From contig CAVWVQ010000003.1 in the NCBI GenBank assembly GCA_963758525.1, positions 4,416,001-4,480,000 of the forward strand: a stretch of DNA of 64,000 bases, in the 5' to 3' direction. The notes below the pieces were generated by a model, which saw nothing but the letters and a program-made list of their open reading frames with translations, was not told where the DNA came from and searched no databases. This DNA comes from an uncultured Phycisphaerales bacterium. Its GTDB lineage: Bacteria; Planctomycetota; Phycisphaerae; Tepidisphaerales; Tepidisphaeraceae. This document shows, piece by piece, positions 1-9,593 of the stretch. A program made the translations under genes and the position numbers. Position 1 is the first letter of the stretch; each line of letters starts with the position of its first letter.

Positions 1-308
1 AACATGTTCTTGCGATGATTCCCGCCGGCGTTGGGATCATTTCCTGGCGCCGAGTTCGTGTACTTGGTCGCGAGCACGACCTGGTCGCGATGACCCTGCA
101 TGAACTCCCCGAGGAAGCTTTCGCTGGTGCCGTTGGTGTACATGTTGGCGGTGTCGACAAAGTTCCCGCCGGCTTCGCGAAAGGCGTCATAGATTTTCTT
201 CGCTTCACCCTTGGCGGTCCCCCATCCCCAGTCCTCGCCGAAAGTCATGGTGCCGAGACACAACTCCGAAACGCGCAAGCCGCTGTTGCCCAATAGACGG
301 TATTTCAT
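1..308 (-). CDS. Aldo/keto reductase (N-terminal part; runs off window edge)
   Basis: Manual translation MKYRLLGNSGLRVSELCLGTMTFGEDWGWG...GGNFVDTANMYTNGTSE...VVLATK; AAGGAG RBS upstream; not in the ORF track. Confidence 0.9.
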   Translation of the reverse strand, partial: MKYRLLGNSGLRVSELCLGTMTFGEDWGWGTAKGEAKKIYDAFREAGGNFVDTANMYTNGTSESFLGEFMQGHRDQVVLATKYTNSAPGNDPNAGGNHRKNM

Positions 309-404
309 TCGAAGCTCCTTCGTGCTTGAAGAAGCATAGGTCTTGAGCGGCCGCTGCGTCTCGCTCCCGTTGGTTTTTCAAGACGGAGGCCGCGGCTCGG
401 CGCA

Positions 405-662
405 TTACTGCTGTGTTGGGTCTGCGACGGACCGCAGCCAGACGTGAACCATCTCGTCGGTTGGGATTTGTGCCCGGCATTGCCGAACGAGCGGGCGAAG
501 CTGTTGCACGCTTTGGTGCAATTGTGAGGAAGGGGTCGCCTGCGAGTGGCATTGAGACAGCACGTCGTCGACTAATCCGAGCAGCGGATTCAAATCCCGC
601 AGCCATGCTCGAATGAGGCTCGACAAGTGCTTTTCGTTTGTTTCAGGCTCCTGTTCCTTCAT
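405..662 (-). CDS. Small hypothetical protein (85 aa)
   Basis: ATG-started ORF co-oriented with neighbours; no recognisable motif. Confidence 0.35.
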   Translation of the reverse strand: MKEQEPETNEKHLSSLIRAWLRDLNPLLGLVDDVLSQCHSQATPSSQLHQSVQQLRPLVRQCRAQIPTDEMVHVWLRSVADPTQQ

Positions 663-884
663 CGCTGTTCACTCGGCTTGCTGTCTGTCGTGCGTTGCGC
701 TTCGCTGATTCGTCAGCGAGTCGCGGCGGGTACTCATTGCATTGGATCGGCGAACCAGAAGGGCAGGTAGATAGGGATAAACGCCCATGCTCGATGAATC
801 ATTGATGTGGTTTACTTTCGAGAGTGCGACGATCGGATCGTACTTCTGAGACATGCCGGCGTGCGACCTTGCGAAAAGGTGCTC

Positions 885-920
885 AAAACACAACCGCCCG
901 GCACGCATGCCGGGCGGTTG
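885..920 (-). terminator. Intrinsic terminator after tRNA-Leu
   Basis: 13-bp stem caaccgcccggca/tgccgggcggttg followed by TGTTTT on the minus strand. Confidence 0.7.
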
Positions 921-942
921 TCTTCACTCGAATTGACTTCAC

Positions 943-1025
943 TGCGGCCGACAGGAGTTGAACCTGCACACCTTGTGAGTACTAGAACCTGAATCTAGCG
1001 CGTCTGCCAATTCCGCCACGGCCGC
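943..1025 (-). tRNA. tRNA-Leu(CAG)
   Basis: Reverse complement GCGGCCGTGGCGGAATTGGCAGACGCGCTAGATTCAGGTTCTAG...GCAGGTTCAACTCCTGTCGGCCGCA: full cloverleaf, long variable arm, CAG anticodon, no encoded CCA. Confidence 0.95.
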
Positions 1026-1080
1026 GAACGATCAGACATCCTAGAGAGGGATCGGTTTCAGTCAAGATGAGTCACTCGTC

Positions 1081-2394
1081 CTACGCATCGGTCGATCTGC
1101 TTGCCAGCAGCAGCGCGAGCTTCAATGCCTCTTCCGAATTGACGACGCTGCCTTCGAGTTGGGCGTCATACACCGCGTCGAGCAATTCGCGAAACTGCGG
1201 ACCTGGGGTGAGCCCCGCGGAGGTCAGCATATCCCCATCAAGCAGTGGCGGAGGCGCTACATCTTCGAGCTCCAGTCGCGAAAGCTGCTCACGCAGCCAG
1301 TTTGCTCGCGCGACAAACTGGGGTGGCGCATCGATCGCGTCCAGCAGCGCTCGAGACCATTTAGCCTCAGCTCCGGCCAAAAACCGCTTCATCGTCGCCA
1401 CTCGTGGCTCGGTGACGTTCAATAAGCGCGTCAAGCCCGACAGCGTTTGCCGCATTCCCTCAGTTTCGTCGTTGCTGATCTTCAGCGATTTTCTCATCGC
1501 ATGCACCGAGGCGCTGACGCGTGGAGGGTCGAATAAAACCCTGGGATCCATCTCGCGCCCGCCTTTTTTCAACTGGTAACAGACCGCTGCGAAGGCCAGG
1601 GCCGCGCCGAAGGGAATGAGCCGTCCCGGCGCGACGCGGGGAAAGAGAAAGTTCGAGGCATCGGGCATGGGCTCGGTGCCGACCGGAAGGAAACGAAAAA
1701 TCTCCCGCGTCAGTTGCAGCCTCCAGAGAAGCAACCACGCGGCGGAGCGCGTCCCGGTCGTCAGCATCATCCGAAGCTCTTCGCCGATCCGTTCCGGGCT
1801 GATGCGGCGAAGCTGAGCCGCGTGGGTTTGAATCGCCTGGGCGGTTGCAGTCTCGATCTCGAATCCCAGCCGCGCGGAGAGGCGCACCGCCCGAAGGAGC
1901 CGGAGGCTATCCTCATCAAATCGGTCGGATGGCGATCCGATGGCACGAAGCAGTTTTGCATTGAGATCCGCTACGCCCCCGACATGATCGATCACTTGAT
2001 CCGTCACCGGGTCAAAGAACAGGCCATTGATGGTGAAGTCACGCCGCCGGGCATCTTCCTCGGCCGTCGTGAAACGCACTTCGGAGGGGTGTCGGCCGTC
2101 GAGGTATTTTCCGTCGGTGCGGAAAGTAGCAACTTCAACGACGCTGCCGCCGGTGCGAACGAGAACAACGCCAAACGCCGCTCCAACCGACTGGCTGTTG
2201 CGAAACAACTCGCGAACGCGATTGGGCGGCGCGTCGGTTGCGACATCATAATCCTTGGGCGTCTTGCCGAGCAGCAGATCGCGCACGCACCCGCCGGCAA
2301 AATATGCGATGTGGCCGGACTCCCGAAGCCTTAGAACAACCGCCATCGCATCCGTGCGATCGGACGGCTGACGTTTAGGAAGCTCCTCGGCCAT
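1081..2394 (-). CDS. cca: CCA tRNA nucleotidyltransferase / poly(A) polymerase family
   Basis: GGCVRDLLLG..PKDYDVAT, EVATFR, RRDFTIN, EDSLRLLRAVR motifs. Confidence 0.9.
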   Translation of the reverse strand: MAEELPKRQPSDRTDAMAVVLRLRESGHIAYFAGGCVRDLLLGKTPKDYDVATDAPPNRVRELFRNSQSVGAAFGVVLVRTGGSVVEVATFRTDGKYLDGRHPSEVRFTTAEEDARRRDFTINGLFFDPVTDQVIDHVGGVADLNAKLLRAIGSPSDRFDEDSLRLLRAVRLSARLGFEIETATAQAIQTHAAQLRRISPERIGEELRMMLTTGTRSAAWLLLWRLQLTREIFRFLPVGTEPMPDASNFLFPRVAPGRLIPFGAALAFAAVCYQLKKGGREMDPRVLFDPPRVSASVHAMRKSLKISNDETEGMRQTLSGLTRLLNVTEPRVATMKRFLAGAEAKWSRALLDAIDAPPQFVARANWLREQLSRLELEDVAPPPLLDGDMLTSAGLTPGPQFRELLDAVYDAQLEGSVVNSEEALKLALLLASRSTDA

Positions 2395-2466
2395 TCTTGC
2401 GAGAATTGAACCGCCATTCGGACGGAACGCAAATACCGCGCGGCCGAAAGCACGTCCTGAACGTCC

Positions 2467-2526
2467 TAGGCTCTGTCTGAAAACCCTAAGCCGTCGTGAG
2501 GACTTAGGGTTTTCAGACAGAGCCTA
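2467..2526. mobile_element. Miniature inverted-repeat element (IS-end-like), TA-flanked
   Basis: Perfect 24-bp IR taggctctgtctgaaaaccctaag/cttagggttttcagacagagccta around a 12-bp loop. Confidence 0.55.
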
Positions 2527-3801
2527 ACAGATTTCCTGGGGAATGGTCCGCCTGACTGCGGGCTCCTTTGCGGGCAGGCGAACGCGGAACGTGCTGCCGC
2601 TGCCGACGTGCGATTCAAATTCGATCTTGCCGCCGTGTTGTCTCACAATGCCGTAGCTGATGCTTAGACCCAGTCCCGTCCCTTCGCCGATGGCCTTGGT
2701 CGTGAAAAACGGATCAAAGATGCGATGACGGATTTTGGGGTCGATTCCGCAGCCGGTATCGGTCACTTCCACGCACGTTCCGTCCTGATCCTGGCGTGTC
2801 ACGATGTCCACGGCCGCGCCCCGCGGCGAGGCATCGATCGCGTTGGAGAGGAGATTCAAGAAGACCTGGTTCATCCGGTCGGGGAAGCAGGGCACTTGCG
2901 GCAGGGGGTTGAGATGCATGGTGATCTCGACTTGCTTCTCCGCCGCGCGATGTCGAAGCATGCTGACGCTCGATTCGATGCCGGCATTGAGATCGACGTT
3001 GTGGAAGTCGTTTTGATCGAGTCGGACAAACTCGCGAAGGTCCTGCACGATCTGCTGGATGCGCCGCAATCCTTCGCCGGATCGCAGCAGCATTTCCTGC
3101 AGGTTCTCCAGCGTATAGGGAAGGTCTATTCGTTCGATGAAATCGTCGATTTCCCGCCGCAGTTGCGGATTGGTTTCTGCAATCGTCCGATCGCAGCGCT
3201 GATAGAGCGCGATCAGCCCTCGAATCGCACCGAGGTCTCGCCGCACCACCGCATTGTTATTGATGACAAACGCAAGCGGGTTATTGATCTCATGCGCCAC
3301 CCCGGCCGCGAGCTGGCCGACGCTCGCGAGCTTCTCATTTTGCAGCATCGCCACGTGCGTCGTCGCCAGCAATTGCGACTGAGCCTGAAGCAGCACCCGC
3401 ATGTCGAGCAACGCGACGCGTGCGTCGTCCCACTCGACGAGCACCGGCTCGTAGGCCGCGGCGTGCGGCCGCTGCAGCGCCGCACTTGCCGCGTCGTTGA
3501 TCGAGCAAGATGCCGGCAGAAGGAGCGGGTCGGGGCAGCGCGAGCGAACGAAAATAGAAATCGGCCGACCGAGGTAGACTTCCCGGCTGTACTGGATGCT
3601 CAGTTCCTGGAAAAACGTCTGCCGCGATACAACGGTCGGGCGATTTCCAAATCGCAGAACGATCACGCCCGGAAGGTCCGGGTTCTGCTGGAGAGCCGAG
3701 ACGATCTGCGAGCCGAGTGTGCTTTCGTCAAACTGCTCCGAATGCGCCGGCAATTCAGCCAGCGTCGCCCCCGGGCCGATATGCGAAAGTTCAAGCGACA
3801 T
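2524..3801 (-). CDS. Sensor histidine kinase (CBS-like N-terminus, HisKA, HATPase)
   Basis: LAAGVAHEINNPL H-box, NLLSNAIDA, DTGCGI, FDPFFTTK, GTGLGL. Confidence 0.9.
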   Translation of the reverse strand: MSLELSHIGPGATLAELPAHSEQFDESTLGSQIVSALQQNPDLPGVIVLRFGNRPTVVSRQTFFQELSIQYSREVYLGRPISIFVRSRCPDPLLLPASCSINDAASAALQRPHAAAYEPVLVEWDDARVALLDMRVLLQAQSQLLATTHVAMLQNEKLASVGQLAAGVAHEINNPLAFVINNNAVVRRDLGAIRGLIALYQRCDRTIAETNPQLRREIDDFIERIDLPYTLENLQEMLLRSGEGLRRIQQIVQDLREFVRLDQNDFHNVDLNAGIESSVSMLRHRAAEKQVEITMHLNPLPQVPCFPDRMNQVFLNLLSNAIDASPRGAAVDIVTRQDQDGTCVEVTDTGCGIDPKIRHRIFDPFFTTKAIGEGTGLGLSISYGIVRQHGGKIEFESHVGSGSTFRVRLPAKEPAVRRTIPQEIC

Positions 3802-3917
3802 CGAGATGGTGTTCGGGACAGCCAGTTTCCCATTGTCGTCCCCTATCGGAACATCGCGCTAAGACTCGATGAAGCTCGCGCGAAGGCGGGTGGGTCTGCG
3901 GGCAATGGCATCGCCCA

Positions 3918-3977
3918 ATTGTGGTGCAGGCTTCCAGCCTGCCATCTGGGAAGCAGGTTGGAAGCCTGCACCACAAT
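3918..3977. repeat. REP-like palindromic doublet
   Basis: attgtggtgcaggcttccagcctgc ... gcaggttggaagcctgcaccacaat. Confidence 0.75.
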
Positions 3978-4222
3978 ACGCCCGCGATCCCTCGCCTTGC
4001 CGGCTTGGCTGTCCTAATATAGGTGCAGCGAGCCTGTTTGCGCCGATAAGTAGCAAACCCGCAGCGCGCTCCGAGCGTTGTGTAATAGAAGCTTTGCTAG
4101 TATCTTACGCACCCCCGTCCAGGCGTCAGCACCCGTTTAATCGGCCTAACTCCCGGCAAAGACTGGCTTTGCGTGGTGGCGAGCAGTCTTGGTTGACCGG
4201 TGCGGGAATTTCGAGACCTATT

Positions 4223-6077
4223 ATGAATTCAGTGCGAAACGACATCCGAAACGTTGCAATCATCGCTCACGTCGACCATGGGAAGACGACGCTGGTGGAT
4301 GCCCTTCTCCGGCAAAGCGGGAATTTCCGCGACAGCCAGCTCACCCAGGAGTGTCTGCTGGACAGCAATCCCCTCGAGCGTGAACGCGGCATCACCATTC
4401 TCGCGAAAAATGTCTCGATCAATTACACCGACCCGACCGGCACGACGACCAAGATCAACCTGATCGATACGCCGGGCCACGCCGACTTTGGCGGCGAAGT
4501 CGAGCGCGTGCTGTCGATGGCCGACGGAGTCTTCCTGCTGGTCGATGCGGCCGAGGGACCGATGCCGCAGACGCGCTTCGTCCTCAAGAAGGCGTTTCAG
4601 CACGAGCTGCGGCCGATCGTGGTCCTCAACAAGATCGACCGTCAGGACGCCCGTGCACATGAAGTGCTCGACGAAGTCTTCGAGCTGTTCATGGAACTCG
4701 GAGCCGACGACGAGACCCTCGACTTCCCCGTGCTCTACGCCAGCGGCCGGGCAGGCACCGCATCGTGGAGCCTGGAGCAGCCGGGTACGGATATTATCCC
4801 GGTTTTCGAGGCGCTGCTGAAGCATGTGCCGGCGCCGCATGGCGATCCGGAAAAATCGCTTCAGATGCGCATCACCAGCATTCAGTACAACGATTACGTC
4901 GGGCGAATCGGCATCGGCCGCATCTCCAATGGTCGCATCAAGACCGGTCAGCAGGTCAAGGTCGTTGACCGCGAAGGCAAGCAGACTCCTTCCAAGGTTG
5001 CCCAGGTGCAGGTGTTTGACGGCCTGGGGCGCAAGGACGTTGAAGGGGCCGAAGCCGGCGACATCATCGCGCTGGTCGGGCTGGAGACAGTCGACATCAG
5101 CGACAGCATCTGCGACCCGATCAATCCGCAACCGCTCGAGGCGGAAGATGTTGAGCCGCCAACGCTCACCATGATGTTCAGCGTCAACGACTCCCCGTTT
5201 GTCGGCAAGGAAGGCAAGTACGTCACCAGCCGAAACCTGCGCGAACGCCTCTTCAAGGAACTGGAGAGCAACGTTGCCCTCAAGGTTGAAGAAACCGACA
5301 AGAAAGACGCATTCCGCGTTTCCGGCCGTGGCTTGCTGCACCTGGGCATTCTCATCGAGAACATGCGCCGCGAAGGGTATGAGCTATCGATCAGCAAGCC
5401 CAACGTCATCATGCGCAAGGGCGAAGACGGGCAGTTGCAGGAGCCGATCGAGTATCTCGTGATCGACGTGCCCGAGAAAAATCTCGGCGGCGTGATGGGG
5501 CTGGTCGGCAACCGCCGGGGCGAACTGGTCCGCCAGGACACCCGCAATGGACAGGTTCATCTTGAGTTCACCATCCCGGCGCACGGCCTGATCGGCCTGC
5601 GGACCCGCATGCTCACGGCCACGCAGGGGCAGGCGATCATGCACCATAACTTCCACGAGTATGCCGCCGCCCGCGGCGAGATTCCCACGCGCACCAACGG
5701 AGTCATGATCGCCAACTCGAACGGCGTCGTAAACGCCTACTCCCTCAACACCCTCCAGGACCGCGGCGTGATGTTCGTTGAACCAACGGAAGACTGCTAT
5801 GAGGGCCAGGTCATTGCCGAGCACTGCCGGCCCGACGACGTTGTCGTGAACCCGACCAAGGCCAAGCAGCTTTCCAACATGCGTACGACGTCGAGCGATG
5901 AGAACATCATCCTCAAGCCCGCGCAAGATGACGCTTGAGCAGGCCCTCGAATATATTGAGGAAGACGAGCTGGTGGAGGCAACGCCGAAGAACATTCGTC
6001 TGCGCAAGCACAAGCTCACCGAAAATGACCGCAAGCGTGCGAGCCGCGGCAAGTCGGTACAGACAGTTGGAGTTTGA
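4223..6077 (+). CDS. typA: Translational GTPase TypA/BipA (one frameshift near 5920, probably an assembly error)
   Basis: [39 protein letters not shown]-terminus [27 protein letters not shown] continues in another frame to TGA 6077. Confidence 0.92.
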
Positions 6078-6084
6078 ACCCCAA

Positions 6085-7152
6085 CTACGGCACCTCCCAC
6101 CTGACGATGGCGATTTCTTCCTTCGCGTCTGTCGATTTCCACGCGAAGAGTGAGCGCGTTTTTGCGGAAAATACCAGACCGTTAGGCTGGAAGGGGATCG
6201 GATCGCCGAGCCTTTGCCAGGTGGCAGCGCCGTCGGTGGAGACTTCCAGTTGCGCGTCGACGGCGGCAACCAGTTTGCCGCCGGGAAGCTCGATGGGATT
6301 CATCTTCACCGGACCCGGCAACGCGACCCATGTCTTTCCCTCATCAGTGCTCTTGATCAGCCCGTGGTTCCAAAGCGTTTGCCAATAAATGCATCCATCG
6401 GAGGCAACCAGTGCTGGCCCGCTGGGCCCGGCGTCCGACACCTTCGCGAAAGTCGCGCCGCCATCGGTCGTGCGAAACGTTCCAAACTCCAGCAGCTTTG
6501 CGCCGTCGCGCTTCCATCCCGCGGCGTTGGCGATGTATGTTCTCGCATCGAAGACCAGCACGTCATTGGAAATATTGGTTTTCTCCGGCAGCTTGTCGCC
6601 GATTTTTTTCCAGGTCTGTCCGCCATCGGTGGATCGATGAAGACTCCGCGTCTGGTCGTGCAGGCCGACGACGAGCGTTTTGCGCTGATCGTCGGTGAAA
6701 TCGATTCCCAGCCCATCGACGTTCTCGATCGTTCCCAGCCGGTGAAACGAAATGCCCCCGTCGTCGGTGCGGAACACGCCCGCGCCGTTGCTGCCGCTCT
6801 CCCAGAAGCTGCGCGGATTCTTGGGGTCGAAAAGGATCTGATAGGGATGATTCGCAATCGGCGTCGCGTCCTTGGCGCCTAGCTTGGTCCAGGTTCGCCC
6901 GCTGTCGGCAGTCGCCCACAGCCCGCTTTCGCTCACCCCTGCGATGACGATTTCGCTGCCCGGCACCGCCGCCATCGCGGTGACTCCGCCAAATCCCCAT
7001 TTGTCGCCGCCGAGGTCATGTGTCACGTTGGTCCAGCGCGTTGCCGCGGCCGGCTCAGTCGTCTGCGCGTGCAGATGCCCGACCGTTGCCGCGAACAACA
7101 CGGTCAGCGCGGTGATCAGAAACTGTTTTCGTGGAATCATCGGAGAGGACAC
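6085..7152 (-). CDS. Secreted BNR/Asp-box beta-propeller protein
   Basis: Signal peptide; repeated S/T-x-D-x-G-x-T-W/F boxes. Confidence 0.8.
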   Translation of the reverse strand: MSSPMIPRKQFLITALTVLFAATVGHLHAQTTEPAAATRWTNVTHDLGGDKWGFGGVTAMAAVPGSEIVIAGVSESGLWATADSGRTWTKLGAKDATPIANHPYQILFDPKNPRSFWESGSNGAGVFRTDDGGISFHRLGTIENVDGLGIDFTDDQRKTLVVGLHDQTRSLHRSTDGGQTWKKIGDKLPEKTNISNDVLVFDARTYIANAAGWKRDGAKLLEFGTFRTTDGGATFAKVSDAGPSGPALVASDGCIYWQTLWNHGLIKSTDEGKTWVALPGPVKMNPIELPGGKLVAAVDAQLEVSTDGAATWQRLGDPIPFQPNGLVFSAKTRSLFAWKSTDAKEEIAIVRWEVP

Positions 7153-7255
7153 ATCCCGGGAGCGGCTTGGTCGCGCAGGTTATATCAGGTTCGCCTGTCA
7201 CTGTGTAACGGACAAGATCTGACGCGCCTTCCGTCCGCAGAACCGCGCGGGGTCG

Positions 7256-7369
7256 CCCGGGTTAGCCGCGACGCGCAGCGGAGCGCGTATTCGAACGAAA
7301 AGTAGCGTAGTGCAGCCTCGCGCAATCCCCAAAAATACGCGCTCCGCTGCGCGTCGCGGCTAACCCGGG
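7256..7369. repeat. Palindromic intergenic element (36-bp perfect IR)
   Basis: cccgggttagccgcgacgcgcagcggagcgcgtatt and its reverse complement; related copy at 20053-20171. Confidence 0.8.
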
Positions 7370-7391
7370 GACTGTCCTTGGAGTAATCGTC

Positions 7392-9525
7392 TCAGTGCTT
7401 TCCTGACCCAAGCCGCGTGGCATACATCGCGCCCCCGACCTCCCGACTCGCTTGAATAAGCTCGGGATACGGATTGCTCACGATGTCAACGAATCCAATC
7501 TGATAGTTCTCCCCATCGTAGACGCGGCCGGTGGTCGGTTCATCCTGATATTGGAACCAGTGGCAGCCGACAATCGCGGGGTTCTTCAACGCGCCACGGA
7601 CGTAATTTGCATAAGCCGCGGCACGCGCAGACTGATTGGCCGTGGGAACCAGACCGGCGTGAAACATTCCCCGGTCAAGCGCACAAAATGAAACTCGCCG
7701 ATCAGCACCGGCACGTCCCCCTCCGGGACCGAGAAAGCGGCTTCGGTCATGGCGTACAGATTAAAACTGACGACGTCGCAGTACTTCACGGCCGCCGACC
7801 GGGCCAGCGGACACGTGGAGGCGAATCGACAGCCCAGGAACAGTTGATGCGGGGCCGCCGCGCACAGCGCATCGCGAACACTGGAGAAATATTGTTCGGC
7901 GATCCGTGAATAAAATGCCGCCAGGTCGGCGTGGGCGAGCTGAAGGTTCGGCTCGTCGCGCGACTGAAGCAGAGCGTCCCAGGATGCGTACGAACCGCTC
8001 CACGCCTGATTGAGCGCCCCGATGTCGCGATATTTTTTCTTCAGGTCGTCGAGAAAAACCCGCTTGGCTGGTTGATCCGCCGGCGATTTTAACGCCGCCA
8101 GCGAGAGCGACGTGTCATCCTGACCCGAGTTGGCCCACGAGAGTTCGTTGCCGACAAAAAAGCCGACGCACCAGGGATCGCCGATGCTCTGGTTCATTTC
8201 CGAGCGAATGCCGCGGGCAAGCTGCCAGCGAAAACTGGGATCGAACGGGTCGGCAAACTTTCCCCAATAACCGGCGCTCCCTTCGATCATCCGGCTTTTG
8301 TCCATGTAGATCTCCGCGACGTACGGCGTCCGCCGCAGCGCGGTCAGTTGCGGATTGCTCCAGTTGCCGATCGTATTGATCCCCCAGCTTCGGAGCCTCT
8401 CACCCGCCAGCCTGATCGAGCCGCGCCGCCAATCGTTGCCGAAGCGTCTCTGGAGATTCGCCTCCTGGAAGGAAAATGTCCTGACGCGCCGGCCGGCGTA
8501 ATGTCCGAGCAGTGGCTCGCCAAATGAAAGACATTGTTTGAATGCAGCCTGATCCCCCGGGAAATCGGCAAACCATTGGTCGCGTTCATCGATGGGAGTC
8601 GAATCGCTCGCATCGACGCAATCGATGCCGTTGGAGAAGAAGAGCTTTCCGTCCGGATCGATGAGCCACCATTTGCCCTGGTATTTCTCAACGCGAAAGA
8701 ACCCGCTGCGCGCGAGCGTAGGACCTGCATTCCATCCTCCAAATCGGTCCCAATTCGTCGGAGCGGGATGCGCGTCCAGATCGGCCTGCTCCACGGCTGC
8801 GCGGGCGTGCAGTTCCGTGAGCGAGTGCGTTTTGCCGGGCCAGTCGCGATGCATGTATTGACCGAAAGTGTCGATGAGCGGGAACAAAACGCCGGGACTC
8901 AGCAGCTTGGGCGCGGTTCCCTCCGCGGCGATGCCAGTGATCTCGAATCCTCCCGGTCGCGTCGGATGGGGGGTAAAGATGACCACATCGCTGACCCTCG
9001 CCGGGTCGAAGGAAACCTTCGACGTGTCGGCCGGATCGATCACTTCATCTCCAAATTCGGCCGGATATCCGCGCATGCCAGAAAGCAATTTCGGCGGCGC
9101 AGGCGCGCCGAGCTTCCCCGCGGCAACGGCACCTGCAGCGTCCCGTGCTCGCCAGGCCGAAGCGCCAAAGAGCCTGTCACACAGTGGTTCAATCCGTCCG
9201 CTCCGGGATTGTCGACCCGGCAGCAGAACATCGCCTCGTCGGTTCCGACATTGGTGAGATTCACCTCGACGCGAAGATAGTGCGAAAGATCGGAATCCGC
9301 GGCGGCGACCGGAAGCGTCACGCCGGGATAGTCGTCGTCCGCGCGGGTGACGAGCCGCAACCCAGCGCCAATGATCTCAACGCGGCAGCCGCGGGCATAC
9401 ATGCCGACGGTGCTGATCGGCAGGGTGCGCGATGGTGGATTCGGATCGATTGCCATCGCCTGCGCGCACGGCAATACCGCGACGAGGCAACAGATGCTGG
9501 TGAGAAGAATTGATCGCCTGAACAC
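7392..9525 (-). CDS. GH50-like beta-agarase/galactosidase, secreted (frameshifts near 9115 and 7685)
   Basis: IDTFGQY, KWWLIDPDGKLFFSNG, WGINTIGNWS, GNELSW, GEFHF[G]ALDRGMF, VGCHWFQYQDEPTTGR spread across three overlapping ORFs. Confidence 0.8.
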
Positions 9526-9593
9526 CTTGGTCCTTACGCATCAAACCCCGATATACTCTATAGTGACGGCCGCTATTGTCGCGGAGCAACTGC

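Noticed and set aside
943..1025. tRNA-Leu as an integration site
   Set aside because: No integrase or duplicated tRNA 3' end seen in the window; a terminator follows directly.
2725..4017. Long antisense ORFs (also 12937-14376, 23830-25050, 36993-38534, 55577-57172)
   Set aside because: Shadow frames opposite well-supported genes, expected in high-GC DNA.
3869..4222. N-terminal extension of TypA
   Set aside because: Runs through a REP element; homology begins at ATG 4223.
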